In this document: in pieces, positions 25,273-36,434 of the stretch | Numbering within the stretch: the stretch's first letter is position 1 | Layout: the number at the start of each line of letters is the position of its first letter | Virus record (IMG/VR): IMGVR_UViG_3300044846_005100 | Span: 32,001 to 96,000 of that record | Source: a virus | Reading direction: 5' to 3' (one strand) | Length of the DNA stretch: 64,000 bases | Notes under the pieces: generated by a model | Database searches by the model: none | Seen by the model: the letters and a program-made list of their open reading frames with translations, nothing else | What the model was told of the DNA's origin: nothing | Made by a program: the position numbers and the translations under genes

Positions 25273-25766
25273 TAATAGTATAATTTATCTTGTGTTGTAT
25301 AAATACCTAACTTTATTTCATTTATGGTGTCTAAAAGCAGGCTTCCTCCTTCTTTGTCAATAAAATATTGAGCATCTAAAGTATATCGTAAATCTCTAGC
25401 ATTTTCATGGTAGTAATTTACAGCATCTAAAATTTCTTGTTCAGAAACTTTATATTTTTTCATAAAAGTCTCTAATTTTTGTTTTACTTTTGTTTTAGGA
25501 CTAAAAGATTTCTTACATAATCCTTGTAAATTTTCTTTACTAAACAAAAATATATAATTCTCTAAAAACTCTAAAGAAACTAATGGTTCGTATTTTTGAT
25601 TTTCTAATATTGAAAATCCATATTCAGTAATTTCAAAGTTATCTAAATTTGAATCATCTATATTTTCTGTATCAATGTAACGTATAACTCCTTGTTTTAA
25701 AAGGATTTCTGGAAATTTAATTTTAGGTAGTTTTACTACCAATTTCCCTATTTCTTCATAATTCAT
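25272..25766 (-). CDS. Hypothetical protein
   Basis: Adjacent to the helicase. Confidence 0.75.
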   Translation of the reverse strand: MNYEEIGKLVVKLPKIKFPEILLKQGVIRYIDTENIDDSNLDNFEITEYGFSILENQKYEPLVSLEFLENYIFLFSKENLQGLCKKSFSPKTKVKQKLETFMKKYKVSEQEILDAVNYYHENARDLRYTLDAQYFIDKEGGSLLLDTINEIKLGIYTTQDKLYY

Positions 25767-25814
25767 TTTCCTTTGATTTAAAAGTTTACAAAATTAATAC
25801 ATTTTTTTTAATTG

Positions 25815-26231
25815 TCAAGAGTTATGTTTACTTTTTTCAGTAAAAAGTAAATGACAATGTTTACAAAGTACTTCTAATTTAGAAATATCATCAACAAAAA
25901 GCTTGTCATGAAAAGTTTTTATTTCATCGTAGTCTCTTAAACTACCACAAGGTTCTATGTGATTAACTTCTATTTCTTTTTTCGGAAACATTTTTTTACA
26001 ATCATTGCATTGCCATTTTTTTAGTAAACTAGAATAAGCTTGTTTTAACACCTCTTTTCTGAAAGGACAGGAATACATCCACCTTTGTCTTAAAAATGCT
26101 CTAATGGCCCCAAAGAATGCTGATTTGGTCATTGTGCCTCCACAATACTCTCTAGGTACTCTTGGGTTTACTACTTTTTTCTTTTTCTTTGGAGTAGTAG
26201 TGGGTGATTTATTTATTTTTTTTCTTCTCAT
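25815..26231 (-). CDS. HNH-type endonuclease
   Basis: CxxC..EVNHIEP..LCKHCH. Confidence 0.8.
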   Translation of the reverse strand: MRRKKINKSPTTTPKKKKKVVNPRVPREYCGGTMTKSAFFGAIRAFLRQRWMYSCPFRKEVLKQAYSSLLKKWQCNDCKKMFPKKEIEVNHIEPCGSLRDYDEIKTFHDKLFVDDISKLEVLCKHCHLLFTEKSKHNS

Positions 26232-26248
26232 TATTTTAAATTTAATTT

Positions 26249-28279
26249 TTACTTCGCATTATACCATGTATCTGCTACTTTAGCTTCTGCACTCATGAAT
26301 AGAACAGGATTTGTTAAAAACATATTTCCTCCAACTATCATACATTTTTCTAGTATTCTAGCATATTTTTCAGACAAATTATGTTTAGTTTCCATTACAA
26401 TTTCATCATGAATTACATTTGCAATTCTGACATTCCAATAGTCATTATTTTTTTCAATTTCATTAAATAATAATATTGTAGCCATTTTGGTTTGATGAGC
26501 GGCAGTACCTTGAGTAGGTGCATTTAAACAAAGTCTCATATATTGTGATTTTAAACTAAAATAGTCTTTCATCATCAATTTATTGGCATTAAAAGTATTA
26601 TAAGCTTCTTGATTTTCTATAATATAATTATTTCCTTTGGCTAAAGCTTTTTCCGCTTTTTGATGTTCTGCTTTTCCTGCACGATACTTACTCCAAAACT
26701 CTTGCCCAAGATTACTAATTTTATCGTCAAGGGTTTTATATATATCAAACATAGGGAGTTTAAGTTTAAATCCCATAGCATATTGAATATACCCTAAATC
26801 TAAGGCTTCTTTTAATTTAGCATCCCCATAAGAATATACTCCATAATGAAGCTCTTTGAATAACTTTTCTATTCTATTTCCTTCTTCGATCGACAACCCT
26901 TCGTTTTCTGCTAATGTAAACCCTGTTCCTCCAAATTGAAAACAAAATCTTGGGGCCTTGGAAGCATTACGTTTTGATTTATGTTCTTTAATAATTTCTT
27001 CATCGGATAAGTCTAGTAATTCAGGATACAATACCCTTGCAAAAGCACAGTGTAAATCCTTACCATCCACAATGGAAGCAATCATGGCTTCATCTCCTGT
27101 AATATCAGCCCCCACTACTGTTTCTTGTCCAGCATAGTCCGATACTATTATATCAAATCCTTCATTTGCCGTGAAACAATCTCTTGTTTCTTTATTGGAA
27201 GGAAAGTTTAGAAAATTAATTTCTCCTTTTCTTGAAGAAATTCTTGCTGTATCCACAATTGGTTTAAAATGAGTATAAATTCTACCATCCCTTATTTTTG
27301 AATAAATACCTTCTCCAAAAGTAGTAACATTGTGTTCAAATTCTTTAAACTTTAACCATATTTTAACAAATTCATGGTTTGATTTAGAAATTACAGATTT
27401 TTCTAAGCTTTCTTTTACCACTCCTTTTTCTTTAAAAGAAACATTAATACCAAAACTTTTAAAAACTTCTAACATTTGTTTTGGAGAACTTAACATGCAT
27501 GTCACTTTCTTTTCATTTGTGAACATATCCATCTGCAAAACTCTATACTTAGGTAAATTGTCAAATATGTAATTGATAATTTCTCTTTCACATTCTTTGT
27601 ATTGGAAAAAATCTTTATCCATCTTAGCTTTCCATTTATCAGCAGAAATAGGTAGTCCACACAATTCCATATATGTAAGAGCTCTAATATGCTTGCAATG
27701 TAATTTATAAGAATCTAATGCTTGATATTCAATAAGTTTGTCTACTAAATTAGAGTGTAAATCTAAAAGTTTATCAACATCATTAAAGCAATACTCAATA
27801 GTAGAAGCCTGGGAAAGCTGAACTCTAGCTATATTAGCCTGTTCTGTTTTGTCATAAAAAATACCCAACTCTCTTTCCATACAGTTTTTAAAGGAATGCG
27901 ATACCCCAAATTCTCCATTATGGAGAACCATAGAAGCTAACATGGTATCTCCAACTTTTTTAGGAAAATAATTTTTTATAAAAAAGAAACTCAAATCAAA
28001 AGCACTATTGTGAAATATCATGGTTTTATCCATTATATAAGGCATCACTTCTTTTAGTAGAATTTTATTTTCTTTATGGTCTTGAAGATCCATTAGATAA
28101 TTATTCTTACCTGTGCCTATTTGGATGGCAAATATTTCTCCATCAAATGCAGAAAGGGAAGTAGTCTCTGTATCCACAGATATTATTTCAGGTAACACCA
28201 TATCTTCAAGATTGCAGTAGGAATAATTTCCTATATTCTCAAAGAATTTTTTATTTCTAGTTATAATATAATTTGCCAT
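26249..28279 (-). CDS. Family A DNA polymerase with 3'-5' exonuclease
   Basis: DTET, HNSAFD, DYAGQE, DLH, QGTAA, IHDE. Confidence 0.95.
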   Translation of the reverse strand: MANYIITRNKKFFENIGNYSYCNLEDMVLPEIISVDTETTSLSAFDGEIFAIQIGTGKNNYLMDLQDHKENKILLKEVMPYIMDKTMIFHNSAFDLSFFFIKNYFPKKVGDTMLASMVLHNGEFGVSHSFKNCMERELGIFYDKTEQANIARVQLSQASTIEYCFNDVDKLLDLHSNLVDKLIEYQALDSYKLHCKHIRALTYMELCGLPISADKWKAKMDKDFFQYKECEREIINYIFDNLPKYRVLQMDMFTNEKKVTCMLSSPKQMLEVFKSFGINVSFKEKGVVKESLEKSVISKSNHEFVKIWLKFKEFEHNVTTFGEGIYSKIRDGRIYTHFKPIVDTARISSRKGEINFLNFPSNKETRDCFTANEGFDIIVSDYAGQETVVGADITGDEAMIASIVDGKDLHCAFARVLYPELLDLSDEEIIKEHKSKRNASKAPRFCFQFGGTGFTLAENEGLSIEEGNRIEKLFKELHYGVYSYGDAKLKEALDLGYIQYAMGFKLKLPMFDIYKTLDDKISNLGQEFWSKYRAGKAEHQKAEKALAKGNNYIIENQEAYNTFNANKLMMKDYFSLKSQYMRLCLNAPTQGTAAHQTKMATILLFNEIEKNNDYWNVRIANVIHDEIVMETKHNLSEKYARILEKCMIVGGNMFLTNPVLFMSAEAKVADTWYNAK

Positions 28280-29155
28280 TTAAAAAAAAGTTAAAGTTTC
28301 TTCTTCAGGTATTTCTTGCCACCCATTTTCAATGTATTTGTCTATTTTATCTAAAGTTTCTTCTAAAATACGTTTACCTTCCATTTCATCTTTATAAGAA
28401 AGAGGGTAAATTAAAATACTATCCACTTTAGTAGAATTACAAACCACCCAATGAAATGTTTTGAGTACATAATGACTTAAATCATTTTTCTCCATCCAAT
28501 CCTCTACTGCTTTAGTATAAAGAGCTCCTTGTAAATGATAATAATACTTTTGAATACTATCTGGGAATTTAGGAGGATAACTGCTTGATTTCAAATCTGT
28601 TATAATGATTTCTTGTCTTTCATGGTCTACTTTTAAGTAGTCTGCTTTGATAAACATATTAAATCCTCTATAAACAAAACTCCATTCAAACTGTGCTTTA
28701 CCTTTGCTAAACAAGAAATTAGCTTCTCTATCTAATAGAATATTGTTACCAATATTAATACCTAAATCATAATTAGGTTTTAAAAATTTACCTCTAGGAT
28801 TTTTTACATATTCAATATAATCAGGATACTCTAAAACAGTTTGTTGTATCTTAGTAAAATTCTTAGATTTTACATCCAATTCCGTACAAACTTTTTCCAA
28901 ATTTTCGAGAGAAGGATTAAAATCATAATCTTGAGTGAAAATCATTTCAATAATGGCTTTAATTTGTGGCTTCGGAATAGGAATATCTATCACTGTTTCT
29001 GTAATAGGTTCTCCAAATACTACTTTATCTATAATAGATCCTTTCTCTAAAGCATTATTTCTTTTATACACAGGATTTAAAAATCCTTGTACACCCTCTT
29101 TTATTAGTCTCGTGAGGGAACTATAACTGAGACGATCGGTTTCTTTATTAAACAT
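28280..29155 (-). CDS. PD-(D/E)XK exonuclease (RecE/DUF3799-like)
   Basis: LSYSSL, KAD, DLKSS, YHLQGALY. Confidence 0.85.
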   Translation of the reverse strand: MFNKETDRLSYSSLTRLIKEGVQGFLNPVYKRNNALEKGSIIDKVVFGEPITETVIDIPIPKPQIKAIIEMIFTQDYDFNPSLENLEKVCTELDVKSKNFTKIQQTVLEYPDYIEYVKNPRGKFLKPNYDLGINIGNNILLDREANFLFSKGKAQFEWSFVYRGFNMFIKADYLKVDHERQEIIITDLKSSSYPPKFPDSIQKYYYHLQGALYTKAVEDWMEKNDLSHYVLKTFHWVVCNSTKVDSILIYPLSYKDEMEGKRILEETLDKIDKYIENGWQEIPEEETLTFF

Positions 29156-30215
29156 TTTTTTTATTATTTATGGTTACATTAATAATTTTGTCTTTGAATT
29201 TATCCATACCGTTTAACACCCATTTTTCTTCGATAGTTCCTTTAGCTACAATAAAATAAATAAAACTTTCTTCATGTACTGCTATTCTACAAAATCTACC
29301 AATAAGTTGTTCTTTGGATGCTACAGAACTATCAATACCCAGAACAAACCCATATTTAAGTTTAGGAATACTTACTGATTCCTTGAGGATGCCTACATTT
29401 ACCAATTTACCTGAAATAGATTGATAAAATTCATCGTAAATTGTTTTCTTAAACTTTTTTTCCATAGAAGAATTATATTGAGGAAAATTAAAAGATTCCC
29501 CTTGTTCTATACTTCCTGCATAAATTAATAGTTTTTTATCAGAAAACTTTGACTTTATAATTTGGTTTGTTAAATCTACTTTACTTTGTAGATTGTTTAA
29601 ATGTCTTTTTAAAACACTTAGTTCGGGTGGGTATCCATTATATGACCTTGGGGCCAATAAATAGTTTTTATAATGATATTCATGAACGCTTCTTTCTTCG
29701 GCAGTCATATCATATTTAATAATAACCATTTTAAAGTTATTCAAAAGAGAATTATTAATGGCATTATTAATTAAATATGTATAGCAGATAGGAAAAGCTT
29801 GGTGGATAGGATGTGTAGTGCTCGGAGTACCTGTCAAACCTAACACAGAAACTTTAGGATTTATTCTTATAAGCCTTAAACATTGTTCTAATATCAAATC
29901 CTGTTCTTTGTGCATTTCATCTATGATGATTAAATCAAACTTTTCATTATAATTTTTCAAAGATTTATTACAAGTGAAAGTGATATTTTTTTCAGAACAA
30001 TTCCATATCTTCAACTCGTCTTTAAAGTTAACTATATATATTTGACGAGCTCCACTAAACAATATTTTGCAATCAGGGTTAACTTGTCTATAAGTATTAA
30101 TAATATCTATTGAACATTTAGTTTTACCCATCCCTACTGCTAGAGCAATAGTAGCCCTTCTGTCTTTTGAACTAAGAAAGGCTTCAACTGCTTTTTTTTG
30201 AACTTCGGATTTCAT
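29148..30215 (-). CDS. SF2 helicase
   Basis: GMGKT, DEMH, GLTGT, QLIGR. Confidence 0.9.
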   Translation of the reverse strand: MKSEVQKKAVEAFLSSKDRRATIALAVGMGKTKCSIDIINTYRQVNPDCKILFSGARQIYIVNFKDELKIWNCSEKNITFTCNKSLKNYNEKFDLIIIDEMHKEQDLILEQCLRLIRINPKVSVLGLTGTPSTTHPIHQAFPICYTYLINNAINNSLLNNFKMVIIKYDMTAEERSVHEYHYKNYLLAPRSYNGYPPELSVLKRHLNNLQSKVDLTNQIIKSKFSDKKLLIYAGSIEQGESFNFPQYNSSMEKKFKKTIYDEFYQSISGKLVNVGILKESVSIPKLKYGFVLGIDSSVASKEQLIGRFCRIAVHEESFIYFIVAKGTIEEKWVLNGMDKFKDKIINVTINNKKNV

Positions 30216-30448
30216 AAAAAATAATTACAATCTTTTCTAGGATCTTTTAAAACTTCTCCACAAAATTCAGCAGATTGAAATTTATTATCAGGCTTTTTAG
30301 AATCCTCTAAGTATGCTTTTAATCTTTTACAATCCTGAGCCTTGCATGCAATGCAGGTGCATCTTATTACATTTTGAGGTAGAAAGAAAGATTGTTCTAC
30401 CAAATACCCTTCCCCTCCTTCGGGACACTTTTCTATATTATTATCCAT
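30212..30448 (-). CDS. Cys-rich hypothetical protein
   Basis: Operon-packed ORF. Confidence 0.65.
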   Translation of the reverse strand: MDNNIEKCPEGGEGYLVEQSFFLPQNVIRCTCIACKAQDCKRLKAYLEDSKKPDNKFQSAEFCGEVLKDPRKDCNYFL

Positions 30449-30679
30449 TTTTTTATTGTTTTTTTTGTTACTATTTTTTGAAGTTTTTTTGGATTATGGT
30501 CTCTTTATAATCTTTTCATATTTTTCTTTAAAGAACATATAGATTACATAAGGTTTAACCAAAACCCAAGCAATAATTTCCATTAAAATTATTAATATTA
30601 TCCCTAGTATAGAACCTATAAAATATTGTATATTATTAGTTATTTTTTGCATGATTTTGTGTTTTGAATGATTATTCCT

Positions 30680-30862
30680 TTATTCTATTAAACTTGAATA
30701 AGCCTTTGTAATACTCATTAAAACTTTAAGTGAATTACGTTTCATTAGTGCTAAGAAGAATCTGCAAATAATGTAAGGAATTACAAATATGTAAGAAAAA
30801 ATATCTAACAAGGTAAGTATAAAAGCAATAATTGCTAACAAAATAATTTTTAAAATTTTCAT
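30680..30862 (-). CDS. Small membrane protein
   Basis: Hydrophobic ORF. Confidence 0.6.
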   Translation of the reverse strand: MKILKIILLAIIAFILTLLDIFSYIFVIPYIICRFFLALMKRNSLKVLMSITKAYSSLIE

Positions 30863-31077
30863 ATAATTAATTTTATGTGTAAAAAAAAATGCCAGGTCGT
30901 CTCTGTCCCTGGCTTTAATACTTTAAGATATTTCTATCTAAGGTTTTGTCCATTTAAGGGGGCAGGCTGTATCTTACCTTTAACCCGAAGAGATTTAAAA
31001 AAAAATGGCAGACATCGCTTAACTGCCTGGCTTTCGACACCATTGTTCCCATTAGGTACTACGATTTTTAAACCTTT

Positions 31078-31887
31078 TTATTTTACAGGAATACTCATTA
31101 TTGTAGAACCACCTGTTACTGCGGAAGGCATAACACCATTCCATCTATTAATAGCTTTTTCCTTTAGAATTTGATCTGTAAGACCCTTACTACGAATTAA
31201 ATTCTGTTCAGTTACCAATTGTTCTAATTCATTTAATTTCTTTTGTTCAACAATTTCTTGATCTATTACTGAAATATTGGTATTAACTTCATTTCTATTG
31301 TCAATTTTTTTCTTTACTTTATCAGAGAAATCTAATTGGCAACTAAAAGTCATCAACTTCAAGCCTTTTTTCTCAAATTCTTCTCCAATAACTTTTTGTA
31401 CATTTTCCTCAAATTTTAATGAACCTCCATTAGCCATTAATTCATCAGTAGTGTACTTTCTTGATTCTTCTTTCATAACATCATAGATTTTAGTTTCTAA
31501 GATATTGTTTTCTAAAGTTGTCATAAAGTCTTCACCTGCTCCTAAATGTTTATTTTCAAAAACTACATCAACAGCTCTTTTTTCAATAACCATAAATGAA
31601 TAAATAGGTTTAGAAGTAAACTCCGTGTTATCAGAAGCTTTTAAATGAAGAACTTTAGAATCATTGTCATCAAATGAAGCTCTTTGTTCAAATAATGGTA
31701 CTTGAAATAATTCTGTACCTGGAGACCAAGTACTTACTCTTCCTTTTACAAGAGAGAAATCACTTTTTCCATCTTTACCATAATTTTCCATTAATACTCC
31801 TACATAATTAGGTGCAACTCTTTCACAAGAAGTGAATGTCAACGCTATTGTTAAAGCAAATAGCAAGCTCATAAATGTTTTTTTCAT
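31078..31887 (-). CDS. SPFH/band-7 family lipoprotein
   Basis: Lipobox FTSC, coiled coil, RWNGVMP C-terminus. Confidence 0.85.
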   Translation of the reverse strand: MKKTFMSLLFALTIALTFTSCERVAPNYVGVLMENYGKDGKSDFSLVKGRVSTWSPGTELFQVPLFEQRASFDDNDSKVLHLKASDNTEFTSKPIYSFMVIEKRAVDVVFENKHLGAGEDFMTTLENNILETKIYDVMKEESRKYTTDELMANGGSLKFEENVQKVIGEEFEKKGLKLMTFSCQLDFSDKVKKKIDNRNEVNTNISVIDQEIVEQKKLNELEQLVTEQNLIRSKGLTDQILKEKAINRWNGVMPSAVTGGSTIMSIPVK

Positions 31888-32082
31888 TTTGATTTGGGTT
31901 TAATTGTTAAAAAAATTTTTTTTGATATATAAAGACAGAAAGTAGAAATACAATCCTGCCATTAAAAATCCTATCCAAGCGTTGATATGGTTAAATACCC
32001 AGATAGAAAAATATCCTACGATAAGGGATAAAAGGGTTAGTGCTAAAAATTTGTTGGTTGTCATTTTTTATAAAATTTTAAG

Positions 32083-32394
32083 TTAAAAATATCTTTTTCT
32101 TCTTTTTATTTGTTCAGAAACGGATTCTAAATTATTTCTCAAAAATTCACTACCAATAATATCTGATGTGTTACTACGATTTTGCTCATCTTGATATATG
32201 TAATCTAATATACTTTCTAAAGTTTGAGCGGACATATCTTTTCTTTCATTATTGGAAAGTGTTAAGTCTTTTAAATTATTACCTTGTCCAGATCCTGAAG
32301 CACCTGATTCATTACCAGAATCACCTTGTTGAGGGTCTTGAGGAGGATTTACTCTTTTAAAGTAACTGCTGTCTATTGTTATACTTTTTGTCAT
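32083..32394 (-). CDS. Hypothetical protein
   Basis: Coupled to the AAA operon. Confidence 0.7.
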   Translation of the reverse strand: MTKSITIDSSYFKRVNPPQDPQQGDSGNESGASGSGQGNNLKDLTLSNNERKDMSAQTLESILDYIYQDEQNRSNTSDIIGSEFLRNNLESVSEQIKRRKRYF

Positions 32395-33290
32395 AAATTT
32401 GCTATTTTAATAATTCTTTGTACGGTGGAGTCTTCACTTAATTCTTTATTAACCATGTTACCTGAAATTATATCATATCTATCAGATAAATCTTCTATAA
32501 TTTGGGATTCATAGATGAATGATTCTATACTGGAGTCTCTGCCTAAAGCTAAATAAGAGTTGAACAAAGTGTAGTGAAAAAATTCAGGGTGAGAAAAAGC
32601 AAAAATATTAGTTAAATTAAGTTTACAACTAGATTTAGCAACATTTACAATGGTGTAACCCCATCCTCCTCCAAAAGCATTTGTGTCTGAATCAAAAACA
32701 TCAATGTTTAAGCTGATATTTAAAGCTTGGCAAGAAAGAATTAGTTTTAAAATCTTTATAAAAGATGTTTCATAACATTCGTCTGCAAATGTTCCTACTT
32801 GGAAAGCAATATTTAAAGTTTTGCTTTTTTTACCTTGTACTTGTTTATTAAATATTTTATCACTTTGTTTAGCGTATTCAACTATTGATAAGTTACCTGA
32901 AAATTTATCTAAATTATACTTTCTTTTGGCACTTTTACCTTCATGTATAATTTTTAAAAAATCTTTGTCAGCATTTAACTGCTTTCTAGCTTTTTCAAGA
33001 ATTAATTTTTTGTTAGCAGTAATTTCACCTCTTTCTCGAAAATAAGAACGAGGAGTGTTTCCTATATTTTTGTATCCTGTACTTAGTAATACTTCAGGTA
33101 AATTTGCAGGATTATCATAAAAATATAAGTCATATAAATTTTCAAATCTTATTAATCCATTACCACTCGCTAATGTTTCTCTATGAAATTTAGGCTTGTA
33201 ATTTTCAGGATATTTTATATGTGGTTGTTTCTTGCAAAGATCTAGTCTAATTTCGTCTGCTGTAGAGAGCACCCTTGTTCCTAATGTCAT
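32391..33290 (-). CDS. Probable vWA-like partner of the MoxR/CobS ATPase
   Basis: Adjacent to the AAA gene; AFSHPEFF motif. Confidence 0.5.
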   Translation of the reverse strand: MTLGTRVLSTADEIRLDLCKKQPHIKYPENYKPKFHRETLASGNGLIRFENLYDLYFYDNPANLPEVLLSTGYKNIGNTPRSYFRERGEITANKKLILEKARKQLNADKDFLKIIHEGKSAKRKYNLDKFSGNLSIVEYAKQSDKIFNKQVQGKKSKTLNIAFQVGTFADECYETSFIKILKLILSCQALNISLNIDVFDSDTNAFGGGWGYTIVNVAKSSCKLNLTNIFAFSHPEFFHYTLFNSYLALGRDSSIESFIYESQIIEDLSDRYDIISGNMVNKELSEDSTVQRIIKIANL

Positions 33291-33302
33291 ATTAATATTG
33301 AT

Positions 33303-34634
33303 TTACATGTTAGATTTTACAGAATTTTTATCAGTTTCTTCTAATGAACTTAAAAGAGTATCTATACATTCTTCATAAGACTCTCCTGATTTTACCATAT
33401 TGGCTATATCTTCTATATTTCTAGTAGAAAGATATGAACCAATTTTTTGTAAACTCTCTCTTAATTTAGTTACTTTATAGTATTGAACTCCTGATTCATC
33501 ACATAATTTTCTCTCCAAAGGCTCATGGTAATCTACGAAGAATTTACACATTCTAAATCTATCCATTAATGCCATATCCTGAAAATCTCTTCCTGAAAAA
33601 TCTTGTGACCCATTTCCCCATGTATTACCACACATAATGATATAGAAATCTTTATGTTTAACGGCAATAGGATTAGAGTCTCTATGAGGAATAGAGATTG
33701 AAGTAGAGTTATCTGCTACACCATTAAAGAATAAAGACATATCTCCACTCATTGCATCGTACTCATCAACTAAGAATATACCTCCATTCTCATAGCAATT
33801 TAAAAATGTAGTATTCAAATACGTTTCAGATGCAGGTTGTTTGTATCCCATCAAATCATGTACTGAACTATCTCTTGAACAAGAATATTTATAGAATGGA
33901 AGCCCTAATGATTTTGCAAACTCTTGAGCCATAAAAGTCTTTCCTGTACCAGCAGGCCCTACTAACATTAATTTTTTAGAAAAAACTAAAGTTTTTAATG
34001 CTTTTTCATAAATAGGGTGGGCTAAATGGTCTACGTTAGCTGAAACAGTAGTATCTCCCACAGTAATATTAATAATGCTTCTGCCTTTATTAAACTCCTG
34101 TAATAAGTCTTCTTTTATGTTGCTAACTATTCTGGAAGTTTCTGTAAAATAAGCTTCTTTTAATTCCTCAGTCTTTTCTTCTAAAAGTTCTTGGTAAGAA
34201 GAAAGAATATTTGAAGAATTTTCAATGTACTTACCTTGTGTTTCTTGGAACACTTCATCAATTTCTTTAGCTAGTCTTTCCAAATCAAACTCTAAAGGTA
34301 ATTTAACTTCTCCTTGATTTTGATTGTCCATTTGTTGCTCTAAATTTTCTTGTTTTTCCATTTGTTTATTGTTTTTATTTAATGATTGATTTTCTTCTTT
34401 TAAAGAGTATTTTTTTATAAAATCTGTAAAGGTAATATTAGTTTTTGGTGCTGTATCATTCCAATCTGGTTGCAGAGCCCATTCACTACTAATTGATTGT
34501 GACCATGAAATGCAACACCATTTTTCATTATCAAAAGTAAGCTTATCAAAAACAATTTCACCTTTTTTTCTCAAGAACTCTATTATTTCTTTATACTCTT
34601 GTTCAGATCTTAATTGAATAATTTCTTTTCTCAT
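33303..34634 (-). CDS. MoxR/CobS-type AAA+ ATPase
   Basis: GPAGTGKT, LVDEYD, GNTWG, DRF, STR. Confidence 0.85.
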   Translation of the reverse strand: MRKEIIQLRSEQEYKEIIEFLRKKGEIVFDKLTFDNEKWCCISWSQSISSEWALQPDWNDTAPKTNITFTDFIKKYSLKEENQSLNKNNKQMEKQENLEQQMDNQNQGEVKLPLEFDLERLAKEIDEVFQETQGKYIENSSNILSSYQELLEEKTEELKEAYFTETSRIVSNIKEDLLQEFNKGRSIINITVGDTTVSANVDHLAHPIYEKALKTLVFSKKLMLVGPAGTGKTFMAQEFAKSLGLPFYKYSCSRDSSVHDLMGYKQPASETYLNTTFLNCYENGGIFLVDEYDAMSGDMSLFFNGVADNSTSISIPHRDSNPIAVKHKDFYIIMCGNTWGNGSQDFSGRDFQDMALMDRFRMCKFFVDYHEPLERKLCDESGVQYYKVTKLRESLQKIGSYLSTRNIEDIANMVKSGESYEECIDTLLSSLEETDKNSVKSNM

Positions 34635-35179
34635 TTTTTTATTTTTAATTTATCAAAATATTTCTTATCTTCAGCGTAACCTTTGAGAGATGTACCATTA
34701 TAAATTTCATAAATATATCTATCGAAAATACTAAAAATCCAATGGTCATAGTGTCTATAGTCATTTCTAGTTGACTTACATCCAGGTTGAGGTCTTTTAC
34801 CTGCGTTGCGCATTCCTAGCAAATTTTTATTAGTCATTACAAGTTTTGACTTTAAATTATCTGATTCCAATCTATATTGTTGTTTTATAAGATTTTTATC
34901 TTTAAAAGGAAGTTGGTCAATCAACCAATCTACTGTTTTTAAAGTTAGTGGTAAATCTTTAGATTTTGACAAGCTATCTAAATTTGATTTTAAGCACTTA
35001 ATTTCTTTAGCTTGATAACTAATCGTATCTTTTTGTTTCTGTGCATCAGCGTTAAAATAAAGCACCATTACAAGAAAAGTTATCACTACTCCTATGGTTG
35101 CTTTTTTGAAGAAATTGTATTTTATTTGTTTTTCTTCATCCAACTCCCACAAGAGAGTTTCTTTATTAAATTTGTACAT
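34631..35179 (-). CDS. Membrane-anchored glucosaminidase/lysozyme-like protein
   Basis: TM segment, LES..NLLGM..YAEDKKY. Confidence 0.6.
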   Translation of the reverse strand: MYKFNKETLLWELDEEKQIKYNFFKKATIGVVITFLVMVLYFNADAQKQKDTISYQAKEIKCLKSNLDSLSKSKDLPLTLKTVDWLIDQLPFKDKNLIKQQYRLESDNLKSKLVMTNKNLLGMRNAGKRPQPGCKSTRNDYRHYDHWIFSIFDRYIYEIYNGTSLKGYAEDKKYFDKLKIKK

Positions 35180-35301
35180 AATTTTAATTTTTAAATTTTT
35201 AAAAGAACTGTATAAACCCTACAATATACAATTTGTTAACTTTAGATTAATTTGATTTAATGTTCAAGGTTTGTAAGGTTTAAACATCTTCTTAAATAGA
35301 T

Positions 35302-35508
35302 TTAATTTTCAAATGGTGAATCATGTTTAGGTTGAACAAGTTTACTTTTCAATAATTTTTCACTCATATCTTTATTTTTACTTCGTTCCAATACAACAGC
35401 AACCCTACCATGATCCATAGTAGCTGTTACTGATTCAACTCTCCAACCATCATCTATATATTTTTGGATGATTTCTTGATTGTTACTTATTATAAATTTC
35501 TGTTCCAT
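35302..35508 (-). CDS. Hypothetical protein
   Basis: ORF. Confidence 0.7.
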   Translation of the reverse strand: MEQKFIISNNQEIIQKYIDDGWRVESVTATMDHGRVAVVLERSKNKDMSEKLLKSKLVQPKHDSPFEN

Positions 35509-35621
35509 TTAATTTTAATTTAATTTTTTAAAAAGACTACACAAAGACTAAGTTGTTTATTTCAAATATAAGAATAGTGTTATTTGATTAGCCTTTGTGT
35601 ATCATCTTGGGTTATTTCTTT

Positions 35622-36434
35622 TTAAATTGTTTTCCATTTCCAATCACAGCTTGATTCTGATTTTGTTTGGCAAGTAAATATATTATAAGATTCTCTCCAA
35701 TTTGCTAGATAAACAATACCCTCTGGACTTTTTACTAATAATTCAACGTGTATTGGGGGTGTTTCTTCGTAAACTGTTTTCCATCTATCTTGTTCTTGTT
35801 GCCATTTAGCACCTTTAATAAACATTAATTTTTCTCTATCACAATAAGGATGAGTTATACTTTGGCAGTTTAAAATAGCAGCTTCTTCATCTATCTCTTG
35901 TTTATCCCTTTTACTGTTCAACCAATCTGTTAATGATTCTTTAGTTTCTTTAGATAATGCATTGTCTAATTTAGATTCAAGTTTTTCAAGATTTAATGGT
36001 TCTTGTTTAGGTTCTTCTTGTTTACCACAAGCACATCCATATTTACTAATAGCTTGTTTACAATTTTCACAAATTTGTTTAGTTTCTTCTTGTGGGATGA
36101 TTATTTTTCTTTTTAAATTACCATAATATGGTGGAACATCTATATCTTCTTCAAATGTTCTATACATACCATAACGTGGCTCTAATTTAATCTCAACATA
36201 TTCACAACTTGGGTTTTTTACAAACCATTCTAAAAAAGTATCATCAATAGATTGTACGCCATCTTCAATTAGCAAATTATTAGTAGTAAGTATTACTTTA
36301 TAAGCATATTGACCATTTCTATTTTTTAAAATATCTCCTGTAAATGAGCATTTTGCCCATATTCCATTTTGATTAACTTTTTCATTGTTATCTATTATAT
36401 ATAACTCGTCTTGTATTTTGTATAAATTTTTCAT
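35622..36434 (-). CDS. Hypothetical protein of a Flavobacterium-phage-type family
   Basis: DGVQSIDDTFLEWFVKNPSCE motif. Confidence 0.75.
   Translation of the reverse strand: MKNLYKIQDELYIIDNNEKVNQNGIWAKCSFTGDILKNRNGQYAYKVILTTNNLLIEDGVQSIDDTFLEWFVKNPSCEYVEIKLEPRYGMYRTFEEDIDVPPYYGNLKRKIIIPQEETKQICENCKQAISKYGCACGKQEEPKQEPLNLEKLESKLDNALSKETKESLTDWLNSKRDKQEIDEEAAILNCQSITHPYCDREKLMFIKGAKWQQEQDRWKTVYEETPPIHVELLVKSPEGIVYLANWRESYNIFTCQTKSESSCDWKWKTI

Noticed and set aside
28280-29155. Cas4 / CRISPR adaptation gene
   Set aside because: Lacks the four-Cys Fe-S motif; the context is a replication and recombination module.
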